A stretch of DNA of 56,744 nucleotides. Source: Rhodospirillales bacterium. GTDB taxonomy: Bacteria > Pseudomonadota > Alphaproteobacteria > Rhodospirillales > CALINB01. A program made the position numbers and the translations under genes. The stretch is from positions 1 to 56,744 of the forward strand of contig JBBDTH010000018.1 in NCBI GenBank assembly GCA_040904505.1. The letters run 5' to 3'. Below, piece by piece: positions 40,881 through 49,201 of the stretch. Under the pieces are notes generated by a model. It was not told the DNA's origin and did no database searches. It was given only the letters and a program-made list of their open reading frames with translations. Numbering within the stretch: the stretch's first letter is position 1; each line of letters opens with the position of its first letter.

Positions 40881-42629
40881 TTAGGCGACTTGAGCTTCCG
40901 TCGGTCCCACGCCCGGCGGCGGCGGCGCGATCTCCGTGATTTTCGGTACCGGACGAAGCCGATGCTTGATCGTTCCGTTTTCCGCCCACAGGATCATATT
41001 GCCGAGATAGTGCTCGTCGTCCTGGTCGGGGAAGTCGACGCGGAAATGCCCGCCTCGGCTCTCCTTGCGGTGCAGGGCCGCCGTGCCCAGCATGCGCGCG
41101 ACCTGGATGACGTTGTAGGTTTCGTAGGATTTACGCAGACACTCGCATCGTTCGCGGATGGTGTCTCCACTGACGCCGATCGTATCGAACACGCGTTCCA
41201 GTTCGTCGAGTTTGTCGAGGCCTTCCTGCAGGCGGTCGGCGCGGCGTACTTGGCCGATATTGGTCACGATCTCCCGTTGCACCTGCCGGCGCCACTCATC
41301 GGGTGATAAATCGCCCGGCGCTTTTGCATAGCGCGCTTTAAGCTCTTCGAGCGCGGCTTGCCACTGACCGCTGCGCGGGTCGGGCCGGTCGGCGTGATGG
41401 CTTTCGCACGCCGCCGTCATGCCCGAACGGAAACCGAAAACGTAACTGTCGATCAAGGCGGCGCCGCCCAAGCGGTTGGCGCCGTGGATGCCGCCGCTGG
41501 CTTCGCCGCCGGCATAGAGCCCTTGCACCGACGTGCGGCCCCATTCGTCGATCCGGACCCCGCCGAGATAGGTATGCGGGCCGCTGGTGACTTCCAAGAA
41601 AGCCTTTTCCATGTCGACGCCGCTTTTCCTGAACATGGCGATGATGTCGCCCGAGGCCCCGTGGTTGGCGTCGTCGAAGATATGACGGATATCGATGCAA
41701 ACGGCGTTGTTTTCGGTGCCCCGGCCTTCGAACAGTTCCATGGCGACGGCCCGGTTCAGCAGGGAACGGGTCGAGCGTTCCATCTTCTCCGGATCGTAGC
41801 GTTCCATGAACCGTTCGCCGTTTTTGTTCAGCAGGTACCCGCCTTCATTGAGGAAGCCGCTGGCATGCGGCGGGTATCCGGCGAGCTTGGCGGGCGCGGC
41901 CGTGATCATTTGATAATCGATAAATTCCATGTCCAGGAGTTCGGCGCCGGCCCGAAGCGCCATCGCGTAACCGTCCCCGGTAATGGTGGGCGGGGAATCG
42001 TTGAGTTCGTGAATTTGCGGTGCGCCGCCGGTGGTCAGAACCGTCGAGCGGGCGTGAATAACGACCGGGACGCCTTCGCGATACCGGAATCCCCAGGCGC
42101 CGACGACCCGGTTTCCGTCCTTCAGCAGATCGATCAGCATGACATGCTGTAAGGGCTCGACGCCGCCGTCCTTGGTTTTTTTCGAAAGCGCCGCCATCAG
42201 CGGCTTGCCCATCAACCGGCCGCAATGAACCAGACGGGCGAACCGGTGCGGATAGGCGCCTTGTTTTTGATCGAACCGGCCGTCATCCCGTTTGGCCAGG
42301 CCCAGGCCCCAGGCGTCGAGTTCCAAGGTTCGGTCGGTCGCCTCCTGGCACATGATTTTGGCAAGCCGGGGATTGTTGAGCCCGTAGCCGCCTTGCAAGG
42401 TATCTTCGAGGAAAAGATCCGGATTGTCTTGCGGATTGGAGTGGCCGATGGCGATCGAATGACCGCCCCGGGCCATCGAGGAACTGCCGGAGGCGTACGT
42501 TCCTTTTGTGACGACCGACGGAACGATGCCGCCGCGCATGGCGCCGACGGCGGCCATCATGCCGGCGACTCCGGCCCCGATAATCAGAACCTCCGCCTCG
42601 ATTTTCTCGACCTCTTTGAGCGATTCCAT
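40881..42629 (-). CDS. FAD-dependent oxidoreductase of the succinate dehydrogenase/fumarate reductase/AprA flavoprotein family
   Basis: VLIIGAGVAGMMAA dinucleotide fold, GLYAGGEASGGIHGANRLGGAAL and HRKESRGGHFR. No adjacent Fe-S or membrane subunit genes. Confidence 0.88.
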   Translation of the reverse strand: MESLKEVEKIEAEVLIIGAGVAGMMAAVGAMRGGIVPSVVTKGTYASGSSSMARGGHSIAIGHSNPQDNPDLFLEDTLQGGYGLNNPRLAKIMCQEATDRTLELDAWGLGLAKRDDGRFDQKQGAYPHRFARLVHCGRLMGKPLMAALSKKTKDGGVEPLQHVMLIDLLKDGNRVVGAWGFRYREGVPVVIHARSTVLTTGGAPQIHELNDSPPTITGDGYAMALRAGAELLDMEFIDYQMITAAPAKLAGYPPHASGFLNEGGYLLNKNGERFMERYDPEKMERSTRSLLNRAVAMELFEGRGTENNAVCIDIRHIFDDANHGASGDIIAMFRKSGVDMEKAFLEVTSGPHTYLGGVRIDEWGRTSVQGLYAGGEASGGIHGANRLGGAALIDSYVFGFRSGMTAACESHHADRPDPRSGQWQAALEELKARYAKAPGDLSPDEWRRQVQREIVTNIGQVRRADRLQEGLDKLDELERVFDTIGVSGDTIRERCECLRKSYETYNVIQVARMLGTAALHRKESRGGHFRVDFPDQDDEHYLGNMILWAENGTIKHRLRPVPKITEIAPPPPGVGPTEAQVA

Positions 42630-42656
42630 GATGCTTCCGGTGTATCGGCGTCGAGA

Positions 42657-43094
42657 TTATTTTTCGCCGTTATCGGCGACCAAGCCCGCGGCCTCGATGC
42701 CGGCGATGGCGAAGATTTCATCGTTGGCGCCCGTGTCGCCGCTGATGCCGACCGCGCCGACGATTTTGTTTTTCTTGTCGCGGATCAGGACTCCGCCGGG
42801 ATTCGGCAGGATTTTGCCGCCGGAAAGCGTGGACAGGGCGCCGATAAAATTGGGATTGCTCGCGGCTTTTTTCGCCAGTTGCCGACTCGGTTCGCCCATG
42901 GCAACGGAGCCCCATGCCTTTCCTAAGCTGACATCGACACGGAACATGCTGGCGCCGTCTTCACGCTGAACGGCGACGATATGGCCATGATCGTCCAATA
43001 CGACAACGGCGATTTCAGGGGCGTTGTTTGCCCGTGCCGTCTTGATCGCGTTGCGAATGATACTGTTTGCTTTACTCAATGTCAGTTTGGCCAT
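42657..43094 (-). CDS. GlcG/HbpS-like (DUF336) protein
   Basis: 145 aa. VVVLDDHGHIVAVQREDGA ... VGAVGISGDTGANDE. Confidence 0.85.
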   Translation of the reverse strand: MAKLTLSKANSIIRNAIKTARANNAPEIAVVVLDDHGHIVAVQREDGASMFRVDVSLGKAWGSVAMGEPSRQLAKKAASNPNFIGALSTLSGGKILPNPGGVLIRDKKNKIVGAVGISGDTGANDEIFAIAGIEAAGLVADNGEK

Positions 43095-43417
43095 CGTTTG
43101 CTCCTCGATGTATGGATAGGGTCGCCTGGTGGAGACTATCGGTAAGGATTTAGTCGGTCAGGACATAGGCCATCGTATTCTTCCGATCAATCTCATAGGA
43201 GGTTGCACTTATATTTGAGTGTTTTCATATGATCATGTAAAGTATAATGCAATAGTGGTTTGCGATGTGAACCGCCTGACTCGGGAGATACCCGGCGGTA
43301 ACTTATTGGGCACGGGAGCGGGGCAATACCCGCTCGATTGTATTTATGATACCGTCATGGACGTGTGAGATTGACGCTTAACCCGTCGATCTATTTGAAA
43401 AAAGGGAGAGATTATCC

Positions 43418-43987
43418 GTGGTAGCAAAGAAAAAATCGGCCTCGAAAAAACCGGCCAAACGCGCCGTGAAGGCCAAGGCGACGAAAAAAACAACCAAGAA
43501 AGCCGCGAAAAAGGCAACGTCGACGAAAACGAAAACCGAGGGCGCAACGAAGGCGGGCAAGGGGAAATACTATTTCCCGATGAAAGAATTGAAGGTCGTT
43601 CCGGCCGGAACCGGCTATTCGACCTCGCACGGCGGTGTCGTCGAAGGCGAGCGGATGCTCGTCGGGTATATCAACAAGCCGCGCGGGACGGGATCGCGGA
43701 TGCATTCCCATCCCAACGAGCAGTTCAACTACGTGATGCAGGGGACGCTGCGGTGCGTCATCAACGGGAAAAAATCGTTGGCACCGGCGGGAACGCTGGT
43801 TTACGTCCCGGCGAACGCGCCTCATACCATGGTGGCGACCGGGCAAGAGGATGTGATCTTCCTGGCGCTGAAGGATCTTTCCCACGGGATTATCGGCAAA
43901 GCCGTCGACGGGACCATGTCCGGCCCGCATTTCGACACGGGTTTCGGCCCGGAAACCAAGGGAAAACGCGCCTCGCGGGCCAAATAA
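43418..43987 (+). CDS. cupin domain protein with ~50-aa Lys/Ala-rich histone-H1-like N-terminal tail
   Basis: GTG start after an AAGGGAGAG SD. Tail KKKSASKKPAKRAVKAKATKKTTKKAAKKATSTKTKT. Cupin core GTGSRMHSHPNEQFNYVMQG ... GTLVYVPANAPHTM. Confidence 0.75.
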   Translation: MVAKKKSASKKPAKRAVKAKATKKTTKKAAKKATSTKTKTEGATKAGKGKYYFPMKELKVVPAGTGYSTSHGGVVEGERMLVGYINKPRGTGSRMHSHPNEQFNYVMQGTLRCVINGKKSLAPAGTLVYVPANAPHTMVATGQEDVIFLALKDLSHGIIGKAVDGTMSGPHFDTGFGPETKGKRASRAK

Positions 43988-44102
43988 GCAGTTGCCAAGC
44001 CCGGGACGGACCGAATACAACAAAATGTAGAGTTTTAAATAAGACGCTGGGGTTTTTCATTAGAAACCCCTAAACAAATTCAAGAGTAAACGGGAGGAAT
44101 TC

Positions 44103-45086
44103 ATGCGTTATCTTAGTAAAGTCACACTACTGACGGCTGCGGCCGGTGCGATGGCCTTGGGGCTTTCGGGACCGGCGGCGGCTAAATTCCCCGACAAGGC
44201 GATCGAATTGATTTGTTCGACGTCGCCGGGTTCCGGCGCGGCAAGCTGGTGCCATCTGGTCGGCGGTCATCTTCAAAAAACGCTTAAAGTGCCGGTCAAG
44301 GTGCTGTTCAAGAGCGGCGGTTCGAACCATGAGCCGGTCGTCTATGTTGCCGGCAAGCCGGCGGATGGACATACCCTGCTGCACATCAGCGCGAGCTTCA
44401 CCGGGTATTTCAATCTGCCCCATTTCCGTCACACTCATAAAGAGTTCGATATGTTGGCGCAGATGGAGAAGCATCTCTACTCCGTTTGTGTTCATGCCGA
44501 CAGCCCGTGGAAGACCTACCAGGATCTCGTCAAGGCGGCGAAAGCAAAGCCGGGCTCGATCAGCATGGGCAGCAACAAGATCGGCTCCGTGCATCACCGC
44601 CATCAGGAACTGCTCCACAAAACGGCCGGCGTCGATATCCGGTTCGTGCCCTATAAAGGGACCGGCGATGTCGTCAAGGACGTGATCGGCAAGCACCTGG
44701 AAGTCGGTTTTGCTCAACCGGGCAAGTGGATGTCCCACATGAAAGCAGGAAAAGCCCGCTGCCTTCTGTTGCTGAATGAGACGCGGTTGGACGATCCGGG
44801 CTTCAAGGACGTCCCGGTTCCGTCGGACCTCGGGTACAAATATAAAATCCCGCACCAGTTCCAAGGGTTCATGGTGAAGAAAGGTACGCCACCCGAGGTC
44901 AGGAAGACCTTGCAGGCGGCCTTGAAGAAGCTTTCCGGAACCGAGGGTTATAAAAAATATATCGCCAAACAGCCGCACGTGATTCCGAGTTCGAACTTCG
45001 ATACGGCAGCAATGAACGCCGACTTCGAAGAAGGCCTGCAAAACACGCGGGCTTTGATGGTTAAGCTCGGCATCCTTAAGAAATAG
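44103..45086 (+). CDS. tctC: tripartite tricarboxylate transporter substrate-binding protein (Bug/TctC family)
   Basis: Signal peptide ending GPAAAKFP. 327 aa, Bug-like (FPDKAIELI, VPYKGTGD). Confidence 0.9.
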   Translation: MRYLSKVTLLTAAAGAMALGLSGPAAAKFPDKAIELICSTSPGSGAASWCHLVGGHLQKTLKVPVKVLFKSGGSNHEPVVYVAGKPADGHTLLHISASFTGYFNLPHFRHTHKEFDMLAQMEKHLYSVCVHADSPWKTYQDLVKAAKAKPGSISMGSNKIGSVHHRHQELLHKTAGVDIRFVPYKGTGDVVKDVIGKHLEVGFAQPGKWMSHMKAGKARCLLLLNETRLDDPGFKDVPVPSDLGYKYKIPHQFQGFMVKKGTPPEVRKTLQAALKKLSGTEGYKKYIAKQPHVIPSSNFDTAAMNADFEEGLQNTRALMVKLGILKK

Positions 45087-45130
45087 CCGCAGGAGGCATG
45101 GCGCAACCGTGTCTTCGCGCTCGAATTGAA

Positions 45131-45178
45131 CCGCTCGGCTGATCGTAATGAGTTCATTCGTCAGTCGGGCGGTTTTTT
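45131..45178 (+). terminator. rho-independent terminator/attenuator between tctC and tctB
   Basis: CCGCTCGGCTGA (45131-42) pairs with TCAGTCGGGCGG (45161-72), 12 bp with two G.U pairs, followed by TTTTTT. Confidence 0.65.
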
Positions 45179-45247
45179 CGACGCTGCAACGGCCTTCAAT
45201 CGTAAAAGAACGTCTGGTAAACGTTAGCGCCGGGGAGGGGACGATCC

Positions 45248-45760
45248 ATGACCGTAAAAAGTAAATCCGCCGATCTGGTCACGGTGCTGTTGATTGCGGC
45301 CGGTCTGATCTACTTGTTCTTTTACACATATACGTTTTCGCCCTCGATCCTGAAAGGGTATCCGGGCGACGCCTTTTTCCCGCGATTGATCCTCGGATTC
45401 ACCTTGATATGGTGCGCGGTTCTTATCCTGCGCCTGATTAAAGAACGCATAGCTAACAGGGTTCAGGGGATTTCCGGCGACTCGGAACCGATGGTGACGG
45501 TGGAATGGATTCCGTTCGCGATCTGCATAGGATTCGTTTTGGCGTTTCTGTTGCTGCTTCCGGTAATCGGCTTCGAACTCTGCACCTTCTTCTTCATGTT
45601 CGGGTTGCTGGTAACGCGGTGGCACGGGGAAATCAAGGCGAGGCTGATTAAGGCGGCGGCGCTCTCGGCGTTTACGTCTGTATTTTTTTACGTGACGTTC
45701 GTGTTGCTGTTGAATGTCTCGTTTCCGGTCAAGCTCTTCCCCGCATTCATCAGTTTCTGA
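45248..45760 (+). CDS. tctB: tripartite tricarboxylate transporter small membrane subunit (TctB family)
   Basis: 170 aa, four hydrophobic segments, positioned between tctC and tctA. Confidence 0.8.
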   Translation: MTVKSKSADLVTVLLIAAGLIYLFFYTYTFSPSILKGYPGDAFFPRLILGFTLIWCAVLILRLIKERIANRVQGISGDSEPMVTVEWIPFAICIGFVLAFLLLLPVIGFELCTFFFMFGLLVTRWHGEIKARLIKAAALSAFTSVFFYVTFVLLLNVSFPVKLFPAFISF

Positions 45761-45777
45761 CGAACCGGCAGGTCATC

Positions 45778-47301
45778 ATGGAAAGTCTAGGCGCAAACAT
45801 AATTCCGGCACTCGGCCTCGTTTTCGGTCCGATGACGCTTGTCGCTTTATTCGGCGGCGTCATTTTGGGAATTATTTTGGGGGCGCTGCCGGGATTCGGC
45901 AGTTCGCAATCGCTGGCATTGCTGTTTCCCATAACCTTTGTCATGTCCGCTCCCGATGCAATTTTATTTTGCGTCGCCGTTTATTCGGCCGCCGAATACG
46001 GGGGCTCCATTCCGGCCATTCTCATACGAACGCCCGGGACGCCCGCGGGCGCCGTTACCGTTCTCGACGGCTACGAAATGACCCGGCGGGGATTGGCGTT
46101 GAAAGCGCTTAAGGTTTCGCTTTTTTCGGGTGTGATCGGCGGACTGACGAGTACGATTATTTTCATCATTACCGGTGTGGCGCTGGCCCAGGTCGCCTTG
46201 ATGTTCGGCCCCGGCGAGATGTTTGCCCTCGGTATTTTCGGGCTTTCCATCATCGGCACGTTTTTCGGCAAGGACCCGGCCAAGGGATTCTTGGCCACGG
46301 GCATCGGATTGCTGCTGACGACGATCGGCAGCTCCGGTTTCGGCGGGTTGAGGTTTACCTTCGAAATCGGCGCGCTGATGGACGGTCTGCCGCTGGTCGT
46401 CATCGTCATCGGCCTCTTGGCCGGGCCCGAGGCGTTCAGGTTGCTGGTCGATCACCGTAAAACCGTTGAAAAAAGAGATCTTGCCGATCTGAGCGGTCAA
46501 CGCGAAAAAAACCGGATAACCAAGGAAGATATCAAGCGCCTGATCCCGACCTGGATACGGAATAGTCTGATCGGGACGGCTATCGGCATCGTTCCGGGCG
46601 CGGGCGCCTCGGTCGGTTCGTTGATCGCGTATAACGAGGAAAAACGTTGGTGTAAGCGCAGCCATTTGATGGGAACGGGCATTATCGAAGGTGTCGCGGC
46701 GCCGGAAACCGCCAACAATGCGGTGGTGGCCGGGACCTTGGTGCCGTCCTTGGCTCTCGGTATTCCGGGCTCGGGAACGGCGGCGATTTTGATCGGCGTG
46801 CTGATTACGAAGGGAATCGTGCCGGGACCGATGTTGTTCAAGGAAAGCACCTCCTTGGTGCTGGCTATTTTTATCGGTTTGATCGTTTGTAATTTTATGC
46901 TGCTGGCGGTCGGGCTCGGCGGCATGCGGATTTGGGGGCCGATCGCGCGCGTGCCGAGAAGAATCATCGGCCCGTTCGTGATGATCATGATTTTGATCGG
47001 CACGTACGCCTACGCCAATTATTGGGCGCATGTGGTCATGGTCCTGATCATGGCGGCCATGGCGTATTACTTCGAAAAGCTCGATATTCCGACGGTGCCG
47101 ATCGTGCTGGCTTTCGTGATGGGCCCGATCGTGGAGGGCAATCTCAATAAGGCGCTGACGATCCATGCCGGAGATCTGTGGGGCGTGATTACGAGGCCGA
47201 TTGCTCTGTCTATTATGGTGCTTGCCCTCGTGACGGCGGTCTACGGCTTCTGGCGAAGCTATAAGACGAATCGTGAAGACGAAGGTTCGCTCAAAGAATA
47301 A
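45778..47301 (+). CDS. tctA: tripartite tricarboxylate transporter large permease (TctA family)
   Basis: 507 aa polytopic protein. GALPGFGSSQSLALL, IVPGAGASVGSLIAY and GIPGSGTAAIL motifs. Confidence 0.93.
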   Translation: MESLGANIIPALGLVFGPMTLVALFGGVILGIILGALPGFGSSQSLALLFPITFVMSAPDAILFCVAVYSAAEYGGSIPAILIRTPGTPAGAVTVLDGYEMTRRGLALKALKVSLFSGVIGGLTSTIIFIITGVALAQVALMFGPGEMFALGIFGLSIIGTFFGKDPAKGFLATGIGLLLTTIGSSGFGGLRFTFEIGALMDGLPLVVIVIGLLAGPEAFRLLVDHRKTVEKRDLADLSGQREKNRITKEDIKRLIPTWIRNSLIGTAIGIVPGAGASVGSLIAYNEEKRWCKRSHLMGTGIIEGVAAPETANNAVVAGTLVPSLALGIPGSGTAAILIGVLITKGIVPGPMLFKESTSLVLAIFIGLIVCNFMLLAVGLGGMRIWGPIARVPRRIIGPFVMIMILIGTYAYANYWAHVVMVLIMAAMAYYFEKLDIPTVPIVLAFVMGPIVEGNLNKALTIHAGDLWGVITRPIALSIMVLALVTAVYGFWRSYKTNREDEGSLKE

Positions 47302-47368
47302 GCTTCCTTCTCAATCGGTGCGGCGTCCCGGTCGTGCCTCCGGTCATGGCGCTGAGTGAAACGGGATT

Positions 47369-48196
47369 TTATGCCGGCGAATAATAAGGATTCGCGCCCG
47401 ATGCATGATCCGTCGTATCGAGTACGGCCGTGATTTCGGGAACGGCGGCAAGAATTTCCTTTTCCACGCCTTGCTTGAGAGTCGCGGTGGCCATGCCGCA
47501 ACCCTGGCAGCCGCCTTCGAGTCGGATATAGGCCGTGCTCTCCTGCACGTCGATCAGGCTGATGGAGCCGCCGTGGGATGCAACGGCCGGGTTGACCTTT
47601 TCGTCGAGAACTTTCTGAACAGCCGTCGCGACAGGCGTTTCCAGCCCGGGTTTCGGCAAGGCATCGCGGTAATCTTTGACGCCTTGCACCTCGGGAATGT
47701 AATGGCGCAGCATATTCTCGATACCGGCCCGCAAGCCCGCCGCCGATCCCAACATTTCGAGATAGACAATACCGTCTTTGAATTCATGAAAAACGACATC
47801 GCCGCCGCCCTGGGATGTCGCCGGCCGGATGCGTGTCTCGATCAAATCCTGAATGCGGGTTTTAACGTCTTTGCCGTCATGATCCGGTGCGTCATCGCCG
47901 GCGTCCTTATCGGAGACGATCACGGGATCGCCCGATGTGTAGTGGTCCATAACGGCACCGAGAATCGCGGGCTTCAGAACGTCCCAGTCCTTATCATCCG
48001 CTTTCTTGACGGAAATCGAGTCCGTTTCCAAAAGCACCCGAATAACGCCGTCGATTTCAAACAACCGTTTCGCCAATGGCGATTTCTCGGCCTTTTCCGC
48101 ATTAGCGAACGCCGCCGAGCCGGCCGGCATGACGGCCTTGCCGGGCAGGAATTTCAATGTTGCCGGGTTCGATGTGGTTTCCGTTTGGATGAACAT
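47369..48196 (-). CDS. NifU/Nfu-like Fe-S scaffold protein with three domains (Nfu_N, degenerate NifU, intact NifU)
   Basis: MFIQTETTSNPATLKFLPG (Nfu_N). The middle domain GGGDVVFHEFKDGIVYLEMLGSAAG lacks CxxC. The C-terminal domain HGGSISLIDV...LEGGCQGCGMATATLKQGVE is intact. Confidence 0.85.
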   Translation of the reverse strand: MFIQTETTSNPATLKFLPGKAVMPAGSAAFANAEKAEKSPLAKRLFEIDGVIRVLLETDSISVKKADDKDWDVLKPAILGAVMDHYTSGDPVIVSDKDAGDDAPDHDGKDVKTRIQDLIETRIRPATSQGGGDVVFHEFKDGIVYLEMLGSAAGLRAGIENMLRHYIPEVQGVKDYRDALPKPGLETPVATAVQKVLDEKVNPAVASHGGSISLIDVQESTAYIRLEGGCQGCGMATATLKQGVEKEILAAVPEITAVLDTTDHASGANPYYSPA

Positions 48197-48352
48197 GACC
48201 TTGCTTTTCCTTACTAAATTCCTTCATGGGTGCCGCCGTTGGCCGTGCTGGCGTCGCACCGGCCGCGCATTCGACGCTACCCCTATTAAATGGGAAGCAA
48301 CGGCGATTTGTCCATATCCGATCGGCATGCCCGCAATCCCGGGCATTTTGGG

Positions 48353-48733
48353 CTATTTGATATCTTCCTCGGCGAAAAACTGGCGGGCGATCCGAAAGCT
48401 GTCGACGGCGGCCGGAACGCCGCAGTATACGCCGACCTGCAGAAAGACCTCCTTAATTTCTTCCTTGGTGAGGCCGTTGTTCAACGCGCCCCGCAAGTGG
48501 GTTTTGATTTCATGGGGCCGGTTCGAGGCGCTCAGAAGAGCCAAGCACAACATGCTGCGAACTTTGCGCGGTAGGCCCGGACGGTTCCAGATTTCCCCCC
48601 AGCAATACGTCGTCGTCAGTTCTTGAAGGTCCTGGCTGAAATCGTCCAATTCGGCCATGCGGGCATCGACATAATCGGCTCCCAGCACTTCGCGGCGAAC
48701 CTTAAGGCCTTTTTCGTACATCGCTTTATCCAT
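48353..48733 (-). CDS. carboxymuconolactone decarboxylase family protein (PcaC-like)
   Basis: 126 aa. WGEIWNRPGLPRKVRSMLCLALLSA ... HLRGALNNGLTKEEIKEVFLQVGVYCGVPAA. Confidence 0.88.
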   Translation of the reverse strand: MDKAMYEKGLKVRREVLGADYVDARMAELDDFSQDLQELTTTYCWGEIWNRPGLPRKVRSMLCLALLSASNRPHEIKTHLRGALNNGLTKEEIKEVFLQVGVYCGVPAAVDSFRIARQFFAEEDIK

Positions 48734-48826
48734 TGTGTCCTCCCTGGTTTGAAGAATGAACGGTGGAGCCGCATAGTGAGCGGGCTGTCCGAGGGGGTCA
48801 AACGGATTGTCGTGAATGGATTTCAG

Positions 48827-49006
48827 CTACGTGCGCGGCGAGTCGCCTGGGCCTTTGGAACAAACGGCCGTTTCGCCGCTGCAACAGGGGTCGACGTTTT
48901 GGCCGCAATGGCTGCATTGAACATGTCCATGCACGTTCACGGGGGTCGCATGCACATGGCACATGGGGCAGCGCCAGGGAAGAGGAGAGGAATCGGTGGC
49001 GTTCAA
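48827..49006 (-). CDS. possible small Cys/His-rich zinc-ribbon-like protein (59 aa), below the ORF-track cutoff
   Basis: TTG start 7 nt after AAGGA. LNATDSSPLPWRCPMCHVHATPVNVHGHVQCSHCGQNVDPCCSGETAVCSKGPGDSPRT, with two CxxC pairs plus CC. Lies upstream of and co-oriented with the CMD gene. Confidence 0.3.
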   Translation of the reverse strand: MNATDSSPLPWRCPMCHVHATPVNVHGHVQCSHCGQNVDPCCSGETAVCSKGPGDSPRT

Positions 49007-49201
49007 CGGCCCATCCTTTCTCGAGAAAAAGATAGGGGAATAGACTTAACGAATTGTTGATAGGATTTTCTTTTCGGGCAATCCATTTTTTCGGCATCTT
49101 ATGGGTGATTCGTTGGCAATCCCATACGGTATCTCATATAAATATGAATTCAATCGAATATACGTCTCGATCAAGTCCGTAACGAAAGTGGGGGAGTAAT
49201 C

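Noticed and set aside
43243-43248. Perfect TATAAT hexamer in the AT-rich region upstream of the tailed cupin gene as a promoter -10 box
   Set aside because: There is no convincing -35 at 17 nt, and it lies 170 nt from the start codon. It is too weak to report as a feature.
45964-47166. 400-aa minus-strand ORF antisense to tctA
   Set aside because: Extremely Arg/Asp/His/Gln-rich with no hydrophobic core. The plus strand encodes a convincing polytopic TctA.
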